Below, one piece after another: positions 9,963 through 27,900 of a DNA stretch of 64,000 bases. A program made the translations under genes and the position numbers. The stretch covers positions 106,578,001-106,642,000 of the forward strand of contig OZ024740.1 of the NCBI GenBank assembly GCA_964016885.1, written 5' to 3'. The first letter of the stretch is position 1. Each line of letters begins with the position of its first letter. The notes under the pieces were generated by a model, which worked only from the letters and a program-made list of their open reading frames with translations, did no database searches and was not told the DNA's origin. Origin of the DNA: Eledone cirrhosa (Eukaryota).

Positions 9963-12900
9963 TAAAACACCTCCATATATTACCTATATCACATCTCCAT
10001 ATATTACCTATATCACATCGCCATATATTATCTATATCACACCTCCATATATTACCTATATCATACCTCCATATATTTCCTATATCACACCTCCATAAAT
10101 TACCTATATCACATCTCCATATATTACCTATATCATACCTCCATATATCATCTATATCACACCTCCATATATTACCTATCTCACATCTCCATATATTACC
10201 TATATCACACCTCCATATATTACCTATATTACACCTCCATATATTACCTATATCACACCTCCATATATTACCTATATCACATCTCCATATATTACCTATA
10301 TCATACCTCCATGTATTACCTATATCACACCTCCATATATTACCTATATCACACCTCCATATATTACCTATATCACATCTCCATATATTACCTATATCAC
10401 ATCTCCATATATTACCTATATCACACCTCCATATATTACCTATATCACACCTCCATATATTACCTATATCACATCTCCATATATTACCTATATCACACCT
10501 ACATATATTACCTATATCATACCTCCATGTATTACCTATATCACACCTCCATATATTACCAATATCACACCTCCATATATTACCTATATCACACCTCCAT
10601 ATATTACCTATATCACACCTCCATATATTACCAATATCACACCTCCATATATTACCTATATCACACCTCCATATATTACCTATATCACACCTCCATATAT
10701 TACCTATATCACATCTCCATATATTACCTATATCACACCTCCATATATTACCTATATCACACCTCCATATATTATCTATATCACACCTCCATATATTACC
10801 TATATCACATCTCCATATATTACCTATATCACACCTCCATATATTACCTATATCACACCTCCATATATTATCTATATCACACCTCCATATATTACCTATA
10901 TCACATCTCCATATATTACTTATATCACACCTCCATATATTACCTATATCACACCTCCATATATTATCTATATCACACCTCCATATATTACCTATATCAC
11001 ATCTCCATATATTACCTATATCACACCTCCATATATTATCTATATCACAACTCCATATATTACCTATATCATACCTCCATGTATTACCTATATCACACCT
11101 CCATATATTACCTATATCACATCTCCATATATTACCTATATCACACCTCCATATATTATCTATATCACAACTCCATATATTACCTATATCATACCTCCAT
11201 GTATTACCTATATCACACCTCCATATATTACCTATATCACATCTCCATATATTACCTATATCACACCTCCATATATTACCTATATCACACCTCCATATAT
11301 TACCTATATCACATCTCCATATATTACCTATATCACATCTCCATATATTACCTATATCACATCTCCATATATGACCTATATCACACCTCCACATATTACC
11401 TATATCACATCTCCATATATTACCTATATCACATCTCCATATATTACATATATCATACCTCCATATATTACCTATATCACATCTCCATATATTACCTATA
11501 TCACATCTCCATATATTACCTATATCACATCTCCATATATTACCTATATCACACCTCCATATATTACCTATATAACACCTCCATATATTACCTATATCAC
11601 ATCTCCATATATTACCTACATCACATCTCCATATATTACCTATATCACACCTCCATATATTACCTATATCACACCTCCATATATTACCTATATCACATCT
11701 CCATATATATCATATATCACACCTCCATATATTATCTATATCACAACTCCATATATTACCTATATCATACCTCCATGTATTACCTATAAAACACCTCCAT
11801 ATATTACCTATATCACATCTCCATATATTACCTATATCACACCTCCATATATTACCTATATCACACCTCCATATATTACCTATATCACATCGCCATATAT
11901 TATCTATATCACACCTCCATATATTACCTATATCACATCTCCATATATTACCTATATCACATCTCCATATATTACCTATATCACACCTCCATATATTACC
12001 TATATCACATCCCCATATATTACTTATATCACACCTCCATATATTACCTATATCACATCTCCATATATTACCAATATCACACCTCCATATATTACCTATA
12101 TCATACCTCCATATATTACCTATATCACACCTCCATATATTACCTATATCACACCTCCATATATTACCTATATCACACCTCCATATATTACCTATATCAT
12201 ACCTCCATGTATTCCCTATATCACACCTCCATATATTACCTATATCACATCTCCATATATTACCTATATCACATCTCCATATATATCATATATCACACCT
12301 CCATATATTATCTATATCACAACTCCATATATTACCTATATCATACCTCCATGTATTACCTATAAAACACCTCCATATATTACCTATATCACATCTCCAT
12401 ATATTACCTATATCACATCGCCATATATTATCTATATCACACCTCCATATATTACCTATATCATACCTCCATATATTTCCTATATCACACCTCCATAAAT
12501 TACCTATATCACATCTCCATATATTACCTATATCATACCTCCATATATCATCTATATCACACCTCCATATATTACCTATATCACATCTCCATATATATCA
12601 TATATCACACCTCCATATATTATCTATATCACAACTCCATATATTACCTATATCATACCTCCATGTATTACCTATAAAACACCTCCATATATTACCTATA
12701 TCACATCTCCATATATTACCTATATCACACCTCCATATATTACCTATATCACACCTCCATATATTACCTATATCACATCGCCATATATTATCTATATCAC
12801 ACCTCCATATATTACCTATATCACATCTCCATATATTACCTATATCACATCTCCATATATTACCTATATCACACCTCCATATATTACCTATATCACATCC

Positions 12901-15900
12901 CCATATATTACTTATATCACACCTCCATATATTACCTATATCACATCTCCATATATTACCAATATCACACCTCCATATATTACCTATATCACATCTCCAT
13001 ATATTACCTATATCACACCTCCATATATTACCAATATCACACCTCCATATATTACCTATATCACACCTCCATATATTACCTATATCACACCTCCATATAT
13101 TACCTATATCACATCTCCATATATTACCTATATCACATCTCCATATATTACCTATATCACACCTCCATATATTACCTATATCACATCGCCATATATTATC
13201 TATATCACACCTCCATATATTACCTATATCACATCTCCATATATTACCTATATCACATCTCCATATATTACCTATATCACACCTCCATATATTACCTATA
13301 TCACATCCCCATATATTACTTATATCACACCTCCATATATTACCTATATCACATCTCCATATATTACCAATATCACACCTCCATATATTACCTATATCAC
13401 ACCTCCATATATTACCTATATCACACCTCCATATATTACCAATATCACACCTCCATATATTACCTATATCACACCTCCATATATTACCTATATCACACCT
13501 CCATATATTACCTATATCACATCTCCATATATTACCTATATCACACCTCCATATATTACCTATATCACACCTCCATATATTATCTATATCACACCTCCAT
13601 ATATTACCTATATCACATCTCCATATATTACCTATATCACACCTCCATATATTACCTATATCACACCTCCATATATTATCTATATCACACCTCCATATAT
13701 TACCTATATCACATCTCCATATATTACTTATATCACACCTCCATATATTACCTATATCACACCTCCATATATTATCTATATCACACCTCCATATATTACC
13801 TATATCACATCTCCATATATTACCTATATCACACCTCCATATATTATCTATATCACAACTCCATATATTACCTATATCATACCTCCATGTATTACCTATA
13901 TCACACCTCCATATATTACCTATATCACATCTCCATATATTACCTATATCACACCTCCATATATTATCTATATCACAACTCCATATATTACCTATATCAT
14001 ACCTCCATATATTACCTATATCACATCTCCATATATTACCTATATCACACCTCCATATATTACCTATATCACACCTCCATTTATTACCTATATCACATCT
14101 CCATATATATCATATATCACACCTCCATATATTATCTATATCACAACTCCATATATTACCTATATCATACCTCCATGTATTACCTATAAAACACCTCCAT
14201 ATATTACCTATATCACATCTCCATATATTACCTATATCACACCTCCATATATTACCTATATCACACCTCCATATATTACCTATATCACATCGCCATATAT
14301 TATCTATATCACACCTCCATATATTACCTATATCACATCTCCATATATTACCTATATCACATCTCCATATATTACCTATATCACACCTCCATATATTACC
14401 TATATCACATCCCCATATATTACTTATATCACACCTCCATATATTACCTATATCACATCTCCATATATTACCAATATCACACCTCCATATATTACCTATA
14501 TCATACCTCCATATATTACCTATATCACACCTCCATATATTACCTATATCACACCTCCATATATTACCTATATCAGACCTCCATATATTACCTATATCAT
14601 ACCTCCATGTATTCCCTATATCACACCTCCATATATTACCTATATCACATCTCCATATATTACCTATATCACATCTCCATATATATCATATATCACACCT
14701 CCATATATTATCTATATCACAACTCCATATATTACCTATATCATACCTCCATGTATTACCTATAAAACACCTCCATATATTACCTATATCACATCTCCAT
14801 ATATTACCTATATCACATCGCCATATATTATCTATATCACACCTCCATATATTACCTATATCATACCTCCATATATTTCCTATATCACACCTCCATAAAT
14901 TACCTATATCACATCTCCATATATTACCTATATCATACCTCCATATATCATCTATATCACACCTCCATATATTACCTATCTCACATCTCCATATATTACC
15001 TATATCACACCTCCATATATTACCTATAATACACCTCCATATATTACCTATATCACACCTCCATATATTACCTATATCACATCTCCATATATTACCTATA
15101 TCATACCTCCATGTATTACCTATATCACACCTCCATATATTACCTATATCACACCTCCATATATTACCTATATCACATCTCCATATATTACCTATATCAC
15201 ATCTCCATATATTACCTATATCACACCTCCATATATTACCTATATCACACCTCCATATATTACCTATATCACATCTCCATATATTACCTATATCACACCT
15301 ACATATATTACCTATATCATACCTCCATGTATTACCTATATCACACCTCCATATATTACCAATATCACACCTCCATATATTACCTATATCACACCTCCAT
15401 ATATTACCTATATCACACCTCCATATATTACCAATATCACACCTCCATATATTACCTATATCACATCTCCATATATTACCTATATCACACCTCCATATAT
15501 TACCTATATCACACCTCCATATATTATCTATATCACACCTCCATATATTACCTATATCACATCTCCATATAGTACCTATATCACACCTCCATATATTACC
15601 TATATCACACCTCCATATATTATCTATATCACACCTCCATATATTACCTATATCACATCTCCATATATTACTTATATCACACCTCCATATATTACCTATA
15701 TCACACCTCCATATATTATCTATATCACACCTCCATTTATTACCTATATCACATCTCCATATATTACCTATATCACACCTCCATATATTATCTATATCAC
15801 AACTCCATATATTACCTATATCATACCTCCATGTATTACCTATATCACACCTCCATATATTACCTATATCACATCTCCATATATTACCTATATCACACCT

Positions 15901-18900
15901 CCATATATTATCTATATCACAACTCCATATATTACCTATATCATACCTCCATGTATTACCTATATCACACCTCCATATATTACCTATATCACATCTCCAT
16001 ATATTACCTATATCACACCTCCATATATTACCTATATCACACCTCCATATATTACCTATATCACATCTCCATATATTACCTATATCACATCTCCATATAT
16101 TACCTATATCACATCTCCATATATGACCTATATCACACCTCCACATATTACCTATATCACATCTCCATATATTACCTATATCACATCTCCATATATTACA
16201 TATATCATACCTCCATATATTACCTATATCACATCTCCATATATTACCTATATCACATCTCCATATATTACCTATATCACATCTCCATATATTACCTATA
16301 TCACACCTCCATATATTACCTATATAACACCTCCATATATTACCTATATCACATCTCCATATATTACCTATATCACATCTCCATATATTACCTATATCAC
16401 ACCTCCATATATTACCTATATCACACCTCCATATATTACCTATATCACATCTCCATATATATCATATATCACACCTCCATATATTATCTATATCACAACT
16501 CCATATATTACCTATATCATACCTCCATGTATTACCTATAAAACACCTCCATATATTACCTATATCACATCTCCATATATTACCTATATCACACCTCCAT
16601 ATATTACCTATATCACACCTCCATATATTATCTATATCACATCTCCATATATTACCTGTATCACATCTCCATATATTACCTATATCACACCTCCATATAT
16701 TACCTATATCACATCTCCATATATTACCTATATCACATCTCCATATATGACCTATATCACACCTCCATATATTACCTATATCACATCTCCATATATTACC
16801 TATATCACATCTCCATATATGACCTATATCACACCTCCATATATTACCTATATCACATCTCCTTATATTACCTATATCATACCTCCATATATTACCTATA
16901 TCACACCTCCATATATTACCTATATCACATCTCCATATATTACCTATATCACACCTCCATATATTACCTATATCACACCTCCATATATTACCTATATCAT
17001 ACCTCCATATATTTCCTATATCACACCTCCATATATTACCTATATCACATCGCCATATATTATCTATATCACACCTCCATATATTACCTATATCACATCT
17101 CCATATATTACCTATATCACATCTCCATATATTACCTATATCACACCTCCATATATTACCTATATCACATCCCCATATATTACTTATATCACACCTCCAT
17201 ATATTACCTATATCACATCTCCATATATTACCAATATCACACCTCCATATATTACCTATATCATACCTCCATATATTACCTATATCACACCTCCATATAT
17301 TACCTATATCACACCTCCATATATTACCTATATCACACCTCCATATATTACCTATATTACACCTCCATATATTACCTATATCACACCTCCATATATTACC
17401 TATATCACACCTCCATATATTACCAATATCACACCTCCATATATTACCTATATCACAACTCCATATATTACCTATATCACACCTCCATATATTACCTATA
17501 TCATACCTCCATATATTACCTATATCACACCTCCATATATTACCTATATCATACCTCCATGTATTCCCTATATCACACCTCCATATATTACCTATATCAC
17601 ATCTCCATATATTACCTATATCACATCTCCATATATATCATATATCACACCTCCATATATTATCTATATCACAACTCCATATATTACCTATATCACATCT
17701 CCATATATTACTTATATCACACCTCCATATATTACCTATATCACACCTCCATATATTATCTATATCACACCTCCATATATTACCTATATCACATCTCCAT
17801 ATATTACCTATATCACACCTCCATATATTATCTATATCACAACTCCATATATTACCTATATCATACCTCCATGTATTACCTATATCACACCTCCATATAT
17901 TACCTATATCACATCTCCATATATTACCTATATCACACCTCCATATATTATCTATATCACAACTCCATATATTACCTATATCATACCTCCATGTATTACC
18001 TATATCACACCTCCATATATTACCTATATCACATCTCCATATATTACCTATATCACACCTCCATATATTACCTATATCACACCTCCATATATTACCTATA
18101 TCACATCTCCATATATTACCTATATCACATCTCCATATATTACCTATATCACATCTCCATATATGACCTATATCACACCTCCACATATTACCTATATCAC
18201 ATCTCCATATATGACCTATATCACACCTCCACATATTACCTATATCACAACTCCATATATTACATATATCATACCTCCATATATTACCTATATCACATCT
18301 CCATATATTATCTATATCACAACTCCATATATTACCTATATCACACCTCCATATATTACCTATATCACATCTCCATATATTACCTATATCACATCTCCAT
18401 ATATTACCTATATAACACCTCCATATATTACCTATATCACATCTCCATATATTACCTATATCACACCTCCATATATTACCTATATAACACCTCCATATAT
18501 TACCTATATCACATCTCCATATATTACCTATATCACATCTCCATATATTACCTATATAACACCTCCATATATTACCTATATCACATCTCCATATATTACC
18601 TATATCACACCTCCATATATTACCTATATAACACCTCCATATATTACCTATATCACATCTCCATATATTACCTATATCACATCTCCATATATTACCTATA
18701 TCACACCTCCATATATTACCTATATCACACCTCCATATATTACCTATATCACATCTCCATATATATCATATATCACACCTCCATATATTATCTATATCAC
18801 AACTCCATATATTACCTATATCATACCTCCATGTATTACCTATAAAACACCTCCATATATTACCTATATCACATCTCCATATATTACCTATATCATACCT

Positions 18901-21900
18901 CCATGTATTACCTATATCACACCTCCATATATTATCTATATCACATCTCCATATATTACCTGTATCACATCTCCATATATTACCTATATCACACCTCCAT
19001 ATATTACCTATATCACATCTCCATATATTACCTATATCACATCTCCATATATGACCTATATCACACCTCCATATATTACCTATATCACATCTCCATATAT
19101 TACCTATATCACATCTCCATATATGACCTATATCACACCTCCATATATTACCTATATCACATCTCCTTATATTACCTATATCATACCTCCATATATTACC
19201 TATATCACACCTCCATATATTACCTATATCACATCTCCATATATTACCTATATCACACCTCCATATATTACCTATATCACACCTCCATATATTACCTATA
19301 TCATACCTCCATATATTTCCTATATCACACCTCCATATATTACCTATATCACATCGCCATATATTATCTATATCACACCTCCATATATTACCTATATCAC
19401 ATCTCCATATATTACCTATATCACATCTCCATATATTACCTATATCACACCTCCATATATTACCTATATCACATCTCCATATATTACCTATATCACACCT
19501 CCATATATTACCTATATCACATCTCCATATATTACCTATATCACATCTCCATATATGACCTATATCACACCTCCATATATTACCTATATCACATCTCCAT
19601 ATATTACCTATATCACATCTCCATATATGACCTATATCACACCTCCATATATTACCTATATCACATCTCCTTATATTACCTATATCATACCTCCATATAT
19701 TACCTATATCACACCTCCATATATTACCTATATCACATCTCCATATATTACCTATATCACACCTCCATATATTACCGATATCACACCTCCATATATTACC
19801 TATATCATACCTCCATATATTTCCTATATCACACCTCCATATATTACCTATATCACATCGCCATATGTTATCTATATCACACCTCCATATATTACCTATA
19901 TCACATCTCCATATATTACCTATATCACATCTCCATATATTACCTATATCACACCTCCATATATTACCTATATCACATCCCCATATATTACTTATATCAC
20001 ACCTCCATATATTACCTATATCACATCTCCATATATTACCAATATCACACCTCCATATATTACCTATATCATACCTCCATATATTACCTATATCACACCT
20101 CCATATATTACCTATATCACACCTCCATATATTACCTATATCACACCTCCATATATTACCTATATCATACCTCCATGTATTCCCTATATCACACCTCCAT
20201 ATATTACCTATATCACATCTCCATATATTACCTATATCACATCTCCATATATATCATATATCACACCTCCATATATTATCTATATCACAACTCCATATAT
20301 TACCTATATCACATCTCCATATATTACTTATATCACACCTCCATATATTACCTATATCACACCTCCATATATTATCTATATCACACCTCCATATATTACC
20401 TATATCACATCTCCATATATTACCTATATCACACCTCCATATATTATCTATATCACAACTCCATATATTACCTATATCATACCTCCATGTATTACCTATA
20501 TCACACCTCCATATATTACCTATATCACATCTCCATATATTACCTATATCACACCTCCATATATTATCTATATCACAACTCCATATATTACCTATATCAT
20601 ACCTCCATGTATTACCTATATCACACCTCCATATATTACCTATATCACATCTCCATATATTACCTATATCACACCTCCATATATTACCTATATCACACCT
20701 CCATATATTACCTATATCACATCTCCATATATTACCTATATCACATCTCCATATATTACCTATATCACATCTCCATATATGACCTATATCACACCTCCAT
20801 ATATTATCTATATCACACCTCCATATATTACCTATATCACATCTCCATATATTACTTATATCACACCTCCATATATTACCTATATCACACCTCCATATAT
20901 TATCTATATCACACTTCCATATATTACCTATATCACATCTCCATATATTACCTATATCACACCTCCATATATTATCTATATCACAACTCCATATATTACC
21001 TATATCATACTTCCATGTATTACCTATATCACACCTCCATATATTACCTATATCACATCTCCATATATTACCTATATCACACCTCCATATATTATCTATA
21101 TCACAACTCCATATATTACCTATATCATACCTCCATGTATTACCTATATCACACCTCCATATATTACCTATATCACATCTCCATATATTACCTATATCAC
21201 ACCTCCATATATTACCTATATCACACCTCCATATATTACCTATATCACATCTCCATATATTACCTATATCACATCTCCATATATTACCTATATCACATCT
21301 CCATATATGACCTATATCACACCTCCACATATTACCTATATCACATCTCCATATATTACCTATATCACATCTCCATATATTACATATATCATACCTCCAT
21401 ATATTACCTATATCACATCTCCATATATTACCTATATCACACCTCCATATATTACCTATATCATACCTCCATGTATTCCCTATATCACACCTCCATATAT
21501 TACCTATATCACATCTCCATATATTACCTATATCACACCTCCATATATTACCTATGTCACATCTCCATATATTACCTATATCACATCTCCATATATGACC
21601 TATATCACACCTCCATATATTACCTATATCACATCTCCATATATTACCTATATCACATCTCCATATATGACCTATATCACACCTCCATATATTACCTATA
21701 TCACATCTCCTTATATTACCTATATCATACCTCCATATATTACCTATATCACACCTCCATATATTACCTATATCACATCTCCATATATTACCTATATCAC
21801 ACCTCCATATATTACCTATATCACACCTCCATATATTACCTATATCATACCTCCATATATTTCCTATATCACACCTCCATATATTACCTATATCACATCG

Positions 21901-24900
21901 CCATATATTATCTATATCACACCTCCATATATTACCTATATCACATCTCCATATATTACCTATATCACATCTCCATATATTACCTATATCACACCTCCAT
22001 ATATTACCTATATCACATCCCCATATATTACTTATATCACACCTCCATATATTACCTATATCACATCTCCATATATTACCAATATCACATCTCCATATAT
22101 ATCATATATCACACCTCCATATATTATCTATATCACAACTCCATATATTACCTATATCATACCTCCATGTATTACCTATAAAACACCTCCATATATTACC
22201 TATATCACATCTCCATATATTACCTATATCACACCTCCATATATTACCTATATCACACCTCCATATATTATCTATATCACATCTCCATATATTACCTGTA
22301 TCACATCTCCATATATTACCTATATCACACCTCCATATATTACCTATATCACATCTCCATATATTACCTATATCACATCTCCATATATGACCTATATCAC
22401 ACCTCCATATATTACCTATATCACATCTCCATATATTACCTATATCACATCTCCATATATGACCTATATCACACCTCCATATATTACCTATATCACATCT
22501 CCTTATATTACCTATATCATACCTCCATATATTACCTATATCACACCTCCATATATTACCTATATCACATCTCCATATATTACCTATATCACACCTCCAT
22601 ATATTACCTATATCACACCTCCATATATTACCTATATCATACCTCCATATATTTCCTATATCACACCTCCATATATTACCTATATCACATCGCCATATAT
22701 TATCTATATCACACCTCCATATATTACCTATATCACATCTCCATATATTACCTATATCACATCTCCATATATTACCTATATCACACCTCCATATATTACC
22801 TATATCACATCCCCATATATTACTTATATCACACCTCCATATATTACCTATATCACATCTCCATATATTACATATATCATACCTCCATATATTACCTATA
22901 TCACATCTCCATATATTACCTATATCACACCTCCATATATTACCTATATCATACCTCCATGTATTCCCTATATCACACCTCCATATATTACCTATATCAC
23001 ATCTCCATATATTACCTATATCACACCTCCATATATTACCTATGTCACATCTCCATATATTACCTATATCACATCTCCATATATGACCTATATCACACCT
23101 CCATATATTACCTATATCACATCTCCATATATTACCTATATCACATCTCCATATATTACTTATATCACACCTCCATATATTACCTATATCACACCTCCAT
23201 ATATTATCTATATCACACTTCCATATATTACCTATATCACATCTCCATATATATCATATATCACACCTCCATATATTATCTATATCACAACTCCATATAT
23301 TACCTATATCACATCTCCATATATTACCTATATCACACCTCCATATATTACCTATATCACATCTCCATATATTACCTATATCACACCTCCATATATTATC
23401 TATATCACAACTCCATATATTACCTATATCATACCTCCATGTATTACCTATATCACACCTCCATATATTACCTATATCACATCTCCATATATTACCTATA
23501 TCACACCTCCATATATTACCTATATCACACCTCCATATATTACCTATATCACATCTCCATATATTACCTATATCACATCTCCATATATTACCTATATCAC
23601 ATCTCCATATATGACCTATATCACACCTCCATATATTATCTATATCACACCTCCATATATTACCTATATCACATCTCCATATATTACTTATATCACACCT
23701 CCATATATTACCTATATCACACCTCCATATATTATCTATATCACACTTCCATATATTACCTATATCACATCTCCATATATTACCTATATCACACCTCCAT
23801 ATATTATCTATATCACAACTCCATATATTACCTATATCATACCTCCATGTATTACCTATATCACACCTCCATATATTACCTATATCACATCTCCATATAT
23901 TACCTATATCACACCTCCATATATTATCTATATCACAACTCCATATATTACCTATATCATACCTCCATGTATTACCTATATCACACCTCCATATATTACC
24001 TATATCACATCTCCATATATTACCTATATCACACCTCCATATATTACCTATATCACACCTCCATATATTACCTATATCACATCTCCATATATTACCTATA
24101 TCACATCTCCATATATTACCTATATCACATCTCCATATATGACCTATATCACACCTCCACATACTACCTATATCACATCTCCATATATTACCTATATCAC
24201 ATCTCCATATATTACATATATCATACCTCCATATATTACCTATATCACATCTCCATATATTACCTATATCACACCTCCATATATTACCTATATCATACCT
24301 CCATGTATTCCCTATATCACACCTCCATATATTACCTATATCACATCTCCATATATTACCTATATCACACCTCCATATATTACCTATGTCACATCTCCAT
24401 ATATTACCTATATCACATCTCCATATATGACCTATATCACACCTCCATATATTACCTATATCACATCTCCATATATTACCTATATCACATCTCCATATAT
24501 GACCTATATCACACCTCCATATATTACCTATATCACATCTCCTTATATTACCTATATCATACCTCCATATATTACCTATATCACACCTCCATATATTACC
24601 TATATCATACCTCCATATATTACCTATATCACACCTCCATATATTACCTATATCACATCGCCATATATTATCTATATCACATCGCCATATATTATCTATA
24701 TCACACCTCCATATATTACCTATATCACATCTCCATATATTACCTATATCACATCTCCATATATTACCTATATCACACCTCCATATATTACCTATATCAC
24801 ATCCCCATATATTACTTATATCACACCTCCATATATTACCTATATCACATCTCCATATATTACATATATCATACCTCCATATATTACCTATATCACATCT

Positions 24901-27900
24901 CCATATATTACCTATATCACACCTCCATATATTACCTATATCATACCTCCATGTATTCCCTATATCACACCTCCATATATTACCTATATCACATCTCCAT
25001 ATATTACCTATATCACACCTCCATATATTACCTATGTCACATCTCCATATATTACCTATATCACATCTCCATATATGACCTATATCACACCTCCATATAT
25101 TACCTATATCACATCTCCATATATTACCTATATCACATCTCCATATATTACTTATATCACACCTCCATATATTACCTATATCACATCTCCATATATTACC
25201 TATATCACATCTCCATATATTACCTATATCACACCTCCATATATTACCTATATCATACCTCCATATATTTCCTATATCACACCTCCATATATTACCTATA
25301 TCACATCGCCATATATTATCTATATCACACCTCCATATATTACCTATATCACATCTCCATATATTACCTATATCACATCTCCATATATTACCTATATCAC
25401 ACCTCCATATATTACCTATATCACATCCCCATATATTACTTATATCACACCTCCATATATTACCTATATCACATCTCCATATATTACATATATCATACCT
25501 CCATATATTACCTATATCACATCTCCATATATTACCTATATCACACCTCCATATATTACCTATATCATACCTCCATGTATTCCCTATATCACACCTCCAT
25601 ATATTACCTATATCACATCTCCATATATTACCTATATCACACCTCCATATATTACCTATGTCACATCTCCATATATTACCTATATCACATCTCCATATAT
25701 GACCTATATCACACCTCCATATATTACCTATATCACATCTCCATATATTACCTATATCACATCGCCATATATTATCTATATCACACCTCCATATATTACC
25801 TATATCACATCTCCATATATTACCTATATCACATCTCCATATATTACCTATATCACACCTCCATATATTACCTATATCACATCCCCATATATTACTTATA
25901 TCACACCTCCATATATTACCTATAACACATCTCCATATATTACATATATCATACCTCCATATATTACCCATATCACATCTCCATATATTACCTATATCAC
26001 ACCTCCATATATAACCTATATCATACCTCCATGTATTCCCTATATCACACCTCCATATATTACCTATATCACATCTCCATATATTACCTATATCACACCT
26101 CCATATATTACCTATGTCACATCTCCATATATTACCTATATCACATCTCCATATATGACCTATATCACACCTCCATATATTACCTATATCACATCTCCAT
26201 ATATTACCTATATCACATCTCCATATATGACCTATATCACACCTCCATATATTACCTATATCACATCTCCTTATATTACCTATATCATACCTCCATATAT
26301 TACCTATATCACACCTCCATATATTACCTATATCACATCTCCATATATTACCTATATCACACCTCCATATATTACCTATATCACACCTCCATATATTACC
26401 TATATCATACCTCCATATATTTCCTATATCACACCTCCATATATTACCTATATCACATCGCCATATATTATCTATATCACACCTCCATATATTACCTATA
26501 TCACATCTCCATATATTACCTATATCACATCTCCATATATTACCTATATCACACCTCCATATATTACCTATATCACATCCCCATATATTACTTATATCAC
26601 ACCTCCATATATTACCTATATCACATCTCCATATATTACCAATATCACATCTCCATATATATCATATATCACACCTCCATATATTATCTATATCACAACT
26701 CCATATATTACCTATATCATACCTCCATGTATTACCTATAAAACACCTCCATATATTACCTATATCACATCTCCATATATTACCTATATCACACCTCCAT
26801 ATATTACCTATATCACACCTCCATATATTATCTATATCACATCTCCATATATTACCTGTATCACATCTCCATATATTACCTATATCACACCTCCATATAT
26901 TACCTATATCACATCTCCATATATTACCTATATCACATCTCCATATATGACCTATATCACACCTCCATATATTACCTATATCACATCTCCATATATTACC
27001 TATATCACATCTCCATATATGACCTATATCACACCTCCATATATTACCTATATCACATCTCCTTATATTACCTATATCATACCTCCATATATTACCTATA
27101 TCACACCTCCATATATTACCTATATCACATCTCCATATATTACCTATATCACACCTCCATATATTACCTATATCACACCTCCATATATTACCTATATCAT
27201 ACCTCCATATATTTCCTATATCACACCTCCATATATTACCTATATCACATCGCCATATATTATCTATATCACACCTCCATATATTACCTATATCACATCT
27301 CCATATATTACCTATATCACATCTCCATATATTACCTATATCACATCTCCATATATGACCTATATCACACCTCCACATATTACCTATATCACATCTCCAT
27401 ATATTACCTATATCACATCTCCATATATTACATATATCATACCTCCATATATTACCTATATCACATCTCCATATATTACCTATATCACACCTCCATATAT
27501 TACCTATATCATACCTCCATGTATTCCCTATATCACACCTCCATATATTACCTATATCACATCTCCATATATTACCTATATCACACCTCCATATATTACC
27601 TATGTCACATCTCCATATATTACCTATATCACATCTCCATATATGACCTATATCACACCTCCATATATTACCTATATCACATCTCCATATATTACCTATA
27701 TCACATCTCCATATATGACCTATATCACACCTCCATATATTACCTATATCACATCTCCTTATATTACCTATATCATACCTCCATATATTACCTATATCAC
27801 ACCTCCATATATTACCTATATCACATCTCCATATATTACCTATATCACACCTCCATATATTACCTATATCACACCTCCATATATTACCTATATCATACCT

